From: Myxococcota bacterium
GTDB taxonomy: Bacteria; Myxococcota_A; UBA9042; PHBI01; JAWLBL01
DNA: 64,000 bases
Reading direction: 5' to 3'
Assembly: GCA_041687695.1 (NCBI GenBank)
Contig: JAWLBL010000001.1
Location: forward strand, 432,190-496,189
Positions 59,041 to 64,000 of the stretch are shown here, one piece after another; positions within the stretch are counted from its first letter, which is position 1; each line of letters opens with the position of its first letter. Below the pieces are notes generated by a model. The model was not told the origin of the DNA. It saw nothing but the letters and a program-made list of their open reading frames with translations, and did not search any database. The position numbers were made by a program, and so were the translations under genes.

Positions 59041-60381
59041 ATGCTCGACTATCGGCTCGACATCCAGTGGCTGGAGCACATGAACGAAGGCCTCGAGCGC
59101 GCCCGCGCCCTGCGCCGGCCGGTCGTCCTCAAGCCGCTCGGCCAGGGTCGGGGGTGCTTCGAGCAGTGGTGACCCGCCGGATCTCTTGCGAGGGCCGTGA
59201 GCCTCTCCGATCCGCGTGTCAGCCGCTTGCTCAACGAGGCCTTCGTCCCGGTGGTGTTCAGCATGCACCTCCAGGGACCGGGGGTCGATGACCCCGCGCG
59301 CGCGTTCATCAACGCCCAGCGTCCGCAGGGCCAGTCGGACATCCACCCGCCGGACACCTACGTCGTCGACCCCGACGGGCAGGTCCTGGGCCACATCCGC
59401 TACGACGCGGGCGTGCCCGAGACCCTCGCCTTCCTGCGCGACATCCTGAAGGCCCACCCCCAGCTGGCGCCCCCCGACCCCCTCTTGGTGTCCCCCGCGC
59501 CGCCCGCCGACGACGCCGAGGCCACCCTCCTCGCCCTCGAGGCCCGCTACGACTCGGACGACAAGGCCGGCCTCGTCGCCGACCTCGAGGCCTGGCTCGC
59601 CCAGCACGCCGACCGCCTCCCCGGCGCGGCCGCCCTGGCCCGCACCCTGCTCGCCGGCGCCCTCTACTACGCCGGCGACCTCGCGGGCGCCCAGCACCAC
59701 TGGCAGCGCATCGTCGACGAGCACCCCGACCACCCGGTCCGCCACCGCGCCGCCTACAACCTCATCGAGCCCAACGCCTGGCCCAGCCCGGTCCACCCTG
59801 AGCTGCGCGACGCCCGCCACCCCGACGTCGCCGAGCGCGGCCTCATCGTCCCCTCCCCCGACCTGCGCGCCGCCAACCTCGCCCGCGTCGCCTCGGATGA
59901 CCGCTACGTCCAGGTCCGCCCCCACCTCCCCTTCGCGCGCATCCCGGCGGGCACCTTCACCATGGGCGGCTCCCCCGCCCTGCAGGCCCGCGAGCTGCCC
60001 AACCGCCGCGTGACCCTCTCGCGCCCCTTCCTCCTCAGCGCCTGGCCGGTCACCCGCCGCCTCTGGCGCCACTTCCGCCCCGACGCCTTCCCCGGCGCCC
60101 TCTCCGAAGGCCTCGCCGGCGATCTCCCCGCCCTTCAGATCAGCTGCGACGAGGCCGACGCCTTCGTCGCCTTCCTCTCGGCCCGCGACGGCCGCCGCTA
60201 CCGCCTGCCCACCGAAGCCGAGTGGGAGTACGCCGCCCGCGGCGGCCTCGAGGGCAAGGCCCACCCCTGGGGCGACGAGCCGCCCGACCCCACCCGCTGC
60301 AACTACCTGAACCCGCGCGCCGTCCCGGTCGCCTGCTACCCGCCCAACGGCTATGGCCTGTTCGACAACGTCAGTCAATAG
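59041..60381 (+). CDS. Putative selenoprotein: thioredoxin-like (Sec44), TPR-like and FGE-sulfatase (SUMF1/EgtB-type) domains; C-terminally interrupted
   Basis: GGAGG + ATG 59041 is in frame with ORF 59197-60381 through a single TGA (59170-59172): IQWLEHMNEGLERARALRRPVVLKPLGQGRGCFEQW-U-PAGSLARAVSLSDPRVSRLLNEAFVPV. FGE motifs IPAGTFTMG, RLPTEAEWEYAARGG, PNGYGLFD are present; GNxWEW is absent. Confidence 0.8.
59179..59213 (+). promoter_or_regulatory. Bacterial SECIS-like hairpin
   Basis: GGATC/GATCC lower stem, GAG-GGC/GCC-T-CTC upper stem, apical loop CGTGA starting 23 nt after the UGA with G at loop position 2. Confidence 0.7.
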
Positions 60382-60521
60382 CAAGGTGCGAAGGGGTCAC
60401 CTACGGGTCGACCTAACCTTGCGTGCTGAAAGGATGTTGTCGTTTTCCGGTTGGACTTCATCGGTTGCTCTACGCTCGCTCCACGGATCTACGTTCAGAT
60501 CCGACTAACGAGGAACGATCG

Positions 60522-60806
60522 ATGACGACCTACGAGACGATCGAAGGATTGGGCGAGTACGTCCCCCTCGCGGATTGCTTCGTGTTGGATGATGGGGGGT
60601 TCGCCGTCGTGCTAGAGGACGGGCAGGTGCTAGTGGTCCAGCGCCGCTGGTGGGGACGCTGGCAGGCGCAGTTCAACTACCCCGGTCGCGACCACCTGAC
60701 CGCCGTGGCGTCCGGCGACACCATCGAGCAGATGGCCATCGACCTCGCCCATTGGTGGGGGCGGAGGAGTTCAGCGCGACCGCATAGGATGCGCGGCACC
60801 CGATGA
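60522..60806 (+). CDS. Hypothetical protein (element)
   Basis: GAGGA before ATG 60522; protein-like composition. Confidence 0.55.
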   Translation: MTTYETIEGLGEYVPLADCFVLDDGGFAVVLEDGQVLVVQRRWWGRWQAQFNYPGRDHLTAVASGDTIEQMAIDLAHWWGRRSSARPHRMRGTR

Positions 60807-60894
60807 GCATGTCGCACGGCTATGGCCGACAATCGATGGCCCCCGGTAGACGGCCTGGCACGAGCGGGTGGAGGATGCTCCCAGGAGGTACCTC

Positions 60895-61299
60895 ATGAAC
60901 GCGGGAAGCATCATCAGGTTCGTTGAACGCGCCAACGACTTCATCCAAGCGCACTCGAAGCGGGCACGGCGCGACGACGATGAACTGCGGGTGGCTTTGC
61001 AAAGCGTGCCTCAGCTCGTCGCGTACCTGAAGCGGAAGAGTTCTCTTGTTGATGGCGAGGAGCGGCTTGTCGACCTGGCAGTGGTCGGCGAACGCCTGTA
61101 CCGCTTGGCGCGTGACCTCAGAGGTTCACGTGCGCTCGCTGGTCAGGCAGGCAACTGGAGAGGCCTGGAAGAGGGCTGGCCACACCTTCAGACCTACTTG
61201 AGGCGCCATCGCCCGCATCAGGACTTCGTACTGCTGTCGGACCTTATCCAGCGCGTCATGGACGAGGTTCTTACGACTGCAACAACGCCTGAAGCCTAG
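60895..61299 (+). CDS. Hypothetical helical protein (element)
   Basis: AGGAGG before ATG 60895. Confidence 0.6.
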   Translation: MNAGSIIRFVERANDFIQAHSKRARRDDDELRVALQSVPQLVAYLKRKSSLVDGEERLVDLAVVGERLYRLARDLRGSRALAGQAGNWRGLEEGWPHLQTYLRRHRPHQDFVLLSDLIQRVMDEVLTTATTPEA

Positions 61300-61409
61300 G
61301 TTCAGCCCGGGGCTCCCTGGATTCGCGCGACCCACGGTAGACAAGATTTTCCAGGCGCCTGTAGATAGGGGAGCCCGTCACGGCTTCCCTCATCAACAGG
61401 AGCACCCTC

Positions 61410-62063
61410 TTGAGCGACGTTCCCTACTACATTCAGGAGATGGTCGACGACGCCAGGCTGGTTCTACCCGGACTGGACTGGCAGCCGTTGCCTTCCGGCA
61501 TCGAAGCCAAGGTGATGCCCGGCATCAACATCTCCGTCGTCATCCTTGAGGACGACGCAGGCTTCTATGCTTCGTGCAGCCCGTTCGGTGAGTTGGTCGC
61601 TGTCCACGGCAAGAACATGACGCTTGAGGAAACCCTACGGGTCCTCAGTCGGCAGTTGAACAAGGTCGAAGAGGCGATCCATCACAGCCGTGAAGGCGTC
61701 GGCGTTGTAAATCCGCTGGGGCAGCGTGGCAGGTTCGAGAAGGTGGTCTGCGACCTGCTTCGCATCCTTCGCGACGCCACTGATCCCGGGATGGGGCGCA
61801 AGGTGGATGAGTTCCTCTCCACCCTGGACGAGGATGACGTGTGGCGGATCAAGGTCGTGATGTACGCCGGAAGGGAAGGAGAGACCCTCGCAGCCGTCTC
61901 TCGCTCCACGCCCTGCGAGGGCAAGAGCCTCGACAGCCTCTGCATCAGTGAGAAGACCTTGATGCTCAGGCGCTACCTGCTCACGGGCTTCTCGGCAGCC
62001 CGCGAGCAGAAGTTCGACCTCGAAGGGTTATGGACGCCGCGAGTGCGCCCCATGGTCTTCTGA
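61410..62063 (+). CDS. Hypothetical protein with DUF3775-like C-terminus
   Basis: AGGAG + TTG start; FLSTLDEDDVWRIKVVMYAGRE...LRRYLLTG. Confidence 0.6.
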   Translation: MSDVPYYIQEMVDDARLVLPGLDWQPLPSGIEAKVMPGINISVVILEDDAGFYASCSPFGELVAVHGKNMTLEETLRVLSRQLNKVEEAIHHSREGVGVVNPLGQRGRFEKVVCDLLRILRDATDPGMGRKVDEFLSTLDEDDVWRIKVVMYAGREGETLAAVSRSTPCEGKSLDSLCISEKTLMLRRYLLTGFSAAREQKFDLEGLWTPRVRPMVF

Positions 62064-62157
62064 TCGTAACTCCGTCGCTTCAAGGTTGGCGGCGAACTTG
62101 TTACACCGGGTGAGGGCTTGCAGGAGCGGGCTCTCTCACCAGGGTGTGGAGGAAGTT

Positions 62158-62310
62158 ATGAGCGGCATTGAAAGTGAAGGTGTGTTCGAGCCTAGTGACC
62201 GTCAGCAGAAGCAGGACGAGGCGGCTCGCCAGATACTGGACGACAGCCGAGCGGGTTTCCCCGTGTCTTTCGCCATCGGGATGGAGGACTTCGACGAGAA
62301 CGAGGACTGA
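62158..62310 (+). CDS. Small acidic protein (50 aa)
   Basis: GGAGG before ATG 62158; MSGIESEG...EDFDENED. Confidence 0.45.
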   Translation: MSGIESEGVFEPSDRQQKQDEAARQILDDSRAGFPVSFAIGMEDFDENED

Positions 62311-62321
62311 GAAATCCCTGG

Positions 62322-63056
62322 TCAACACGCGGGGGTTGGGCAGCACATTTTGCGGCGAGCCGGCCGACCCTCGCTGACCGCGTACCGGTCCCGGATGGCC
62401 TGCCGGAGCTGTCGTTCGTCCTTCGGCGAGAGGGTGTGCTTCATCCTGCCCGCCTTGTCGCCCATCGACCGCACCCCGATCTCTTGGGCGACCCGCCACG
62501 CGGTCGTGTAGCCGATCCCTTCTTCCCGGGCTACGTCAGGGATGCTGCAACGCGATGCCAGCCAGTCGGTCACACGCCTGCACTGGTCCTCCGTCAGCAT
62601 GAACCGGGCGCCGCGCCGGTTCGACGTGCGCGTCACCTTGATGCCCAGGACTTCGATTGCGGCGAACACGTCCCCCTTCGACCATCCGCTGTCCCTGGCG
62701 AGCTGCGTGACCGTGTAGCCGCGATGGTGGGCGGTCCCGAGCAGTACGACCATCCTCTCGTTGATGGACTCGCGGGACCGTTCCAGTGCCGTCGCGATGG
62801 CCGCCTTGCTGGTCGTCCCCCACAAGGCGAGCAGGCGGTTGTCCTCCTCGGGCGTCCAGGGTTGACGGTGCCGCTCAGGCTTGTCGTCGTCGGTCGTCCG
62901 CCGCCCGTGCAGGGCCACCCAGCGGGACGCGGCAGCGGCCGGTGTGCGGCCGAGGGCCTTGCCGATGACCGGCCACCGGTGGCCTTCACGCCGCAGGGCG
63001 GTCAGGCGGGAATCGTCGTCGGGCGTCCAGCGTCGCTTCGGGGTCGGTGCGTTCAC
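62322..63056 (-). CDS. Myb/SANT-like repeat and HTH DNA-binding protein
   Basis: RRWTPDDDSRL...WPVIGKALGRT...RW and QPWTPEEDNRLL...IATALERS, followed by HTH-like segments. Confidence 0.75.
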   Translation of the reverse strand: MNAPTPKRRWTPDDDSRLTALRREGHRWPVIGKALGRTPAAAASRWVALHGRRTTDDDKPERHRQPWTPEEDNRLLALWGTTSKAAIATALERSRESINERMVVLLGTAHHRGYTVTQLARDSGWSKGDVFAAIEVLGIKVTRTSNRRGARFMLTEDQCRRVTDWLASRCSIPDVAREEGIGYTTAWRVAQEIGVRSMGDKAGRMKHTLSPKDERQLRQAIRDRYAVSEGRPARRKMCCPTPAC

Positions 63057-63166
63057 GAAGGACGCTACCCGGCGGGTCGAGCCATTCGACCTATTCGACT
63101 TGACCGCTGAACATCCGAGCAGTAGCCTGCGGTTCGGTACTGGCGGGCGCCAGTTCCGACGCGCGT

Positions 63167-63892
63167 TCAGCGCATCACCATTGATTGGAGTATCAACTCA
63201 TGACCATCACTGAACGTGGCCGCTTCCTCATCGAGGCCAAGAAGAACCAGCTCGACGTGCGGGTCTCGAACCCGTCCAGCGATGACCTGATCACGCTCGG
63301 CATCGGTCTCATTGCCGCCGGGCTGCTCTTCAAGGCGCTCGCGGGTTGAGGTGGGTCCAACGCGGTGGCTGACCCGATGTTCGCGCTGACGGTCAGCCAC
63401 TCCGCGCCAGGAGCCCTCAGAGCCCGAGACGAGCCGCAAGAGTTGCGAACGCGAAGCCTGCAACCAGCGGGTCCACGCCGTTGCCGAGCATCTTGAGGCG
63501 GTCCAGCCGATCGGGACCCCCATCAGCCACTCTAGGAACGCCGGCGCCAATGGCCCGCCGATGGCTGCGTTGACCGCCCAGGTCTTCCGCCGCCTCTGGG
63601 CGGGGCCTCCCGAGTTCTTCGCGTCGTTGCAGGTAGGCGTCGGCCAGCGCCCCGTGCCGTTGAGAAGGACGCACCACTCGACCGGGAAGGGCTCCACATC
63701 GCCGGAGGGCGTCACCACGTCGAGCAGGTCGCCGTTGCAGAGCCAGACCTCGCCCGCCCAGATGTCGTCCACGCCACCCCAATCGAGGTCGGCTTCGGTC
63801 ACCACCACCACCGCGCCTTCCCAGAATGAAGATCCTCGCCCTGGCGTGCGTGGCGCCAACGTCTTCCGATCTGAACAGATCCCAGCAAACAT
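63167..63892 (-). CDS. Overlapping alternative-frame ORF carrying MTase motif IX-like sequence
   Basis: WPTPT...GGPLAPAFLEWLMGVPIGWT in a different frame over the same DNA. Start uncertain (possibly GTG near 63811 after GGAAGG). Confidence 0.5.
   Translation of the reverse strand: MFAGICSDRKTLAPRTPGRGSSFWEGAVVVVTEADLDWGGVDDIWAGEVWLCNGDLLDVVTPSGDVEPFPVEWCVLLNGTGRWPTPTCNDAKNSGGPAQRRRKTWAVNAAIGGPLAPAFLEWLMGVPIGWTASRCSATAWTRWLQASRSQLLRLVSGSEGSWRGVADRQREHRVSHRVGPTSTRERLEEQPGGNETDAERDQVIAGRVRDPHVELVLLGLDEEAATFSDGHELILQSMVMR
63200..63349 (+). CDS. Small single-TM protein (49 aa), below the ORF-track cutoff
   Basis: GGAG at 63187-63190; MTITERGRFLIEAKKNQLDVRVSNPSSDDLITLGIGLIAAGLLFKALAG*. Confidence 0.55.
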   Translation: MTITERGRFLIEAKKNQLDVRVSNPSSDDLITLGIGLIAAGLLFKALAG

Positions 63893-63905
63893 CGAACCCG
63901 AGGTG
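63417..63905 (-). pseudogene. C5 DNA-cytosine methyltransferase C-terminal half (motifs VII, VIII, X), frame broken at its 5' side
   Basis: Frame reads HLGFDVCWDLFRSEDVGATHARARIFILG...RVADGGPDRLDRLKMLGNGVDP; in-frame TGA at 63906-63908; upstream GDL lies in another frame. Confidence 0.7.
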
Positions 63906-64000
63906 TCAGGTCCCCCCTTCCCAACCCGGTAGCGGGAGGGTAGGTCCAGAATTGGCGTCCCTCGTCCTGCGCGGCGATACCGAGAGCCGTGGGCGGGACG

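Larger units (their letters stand above)
60370..64000. mobile_element. Left part of an integrated prophage/genomic island (continues beyond window)
   Basis: Abrupt drop in GC and GC3 at ~60370 coinciding with truncation of the host gene; short orphan ORFs, a Myb-repeat protein and phage-type methyltransferase sequence. No integrase seen in the window. Confidence 0.8.

Noticed and set aside
59930..60381. Diversity-generating retroelement target (FGE/CLec fold)
   Set aside because: No reverse transcriptase and no template/variable repeat pair differing at adenines is visible; the C-terminal part where a variable region would lie is missing.
59197..60381. ORF-track start at GTG 59197
   Set aside because: It starts mid-domain inside the hairpin loop, whereas ATG 59041 has a good RBS and completes the thioredoxin-like fold.
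60300..60450. tRNA gene as the integration site
   Set aside because: No cloverleaf or T-arm context despite a GTTCGA hexamer; the junction lies within protein-coding sequence.
63906..63908. Second Sec codon in the methyltransferase frame
   Set aside because: Not a Cys position in C5-MTases, upstream codons in that frame are not MTase-like, and no clear SECIS was seen; a frameshift explains it better.

Overview
High-GC bacterial chromosomal DNA, most likely from a Myxococcota-type organism (inferred from many Cys-rich lipoproteins, a MYXO-CTERM-like tail and TSP3/OmpA proteins). Bases 1-~60370 are host backbone. They carry a probable phnY, a SWIM-SNF2 helicase, infA, pdxJ, regulators (PAS kinase, SigG-like ECF, TetR, LysR), RNA-modification and polyamine enzymes, several large repetitive surface proteins, a TraA/TraB-like locus with duplicated OmpA genes, an HNH gene with a structured repeat-rich upstream region, a perfect 164-bp tandem repeat, and a 2xJmjC + B12-radical SAM operon. 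The most striking observation is at 59041-60381, where the ORF track misses the real 5' end of a gene. It reads through an in-frame UGA (codon 44) followed by a SECIS-like hairpin, giving a putative new selenoprotein with thioredoxin-like(Sec), TPR-like and FGE-sulfatase domains. The same gene is cut off inside its conserved FGE motif by a lower-GC phage-like element (~60370-64000+). That element includes a Myb-repeat protein and a C5-methyltransferase remnant whose motifs are split across two overlapping reading frames. All calls are from motif recognition by eye; no database searches were run.
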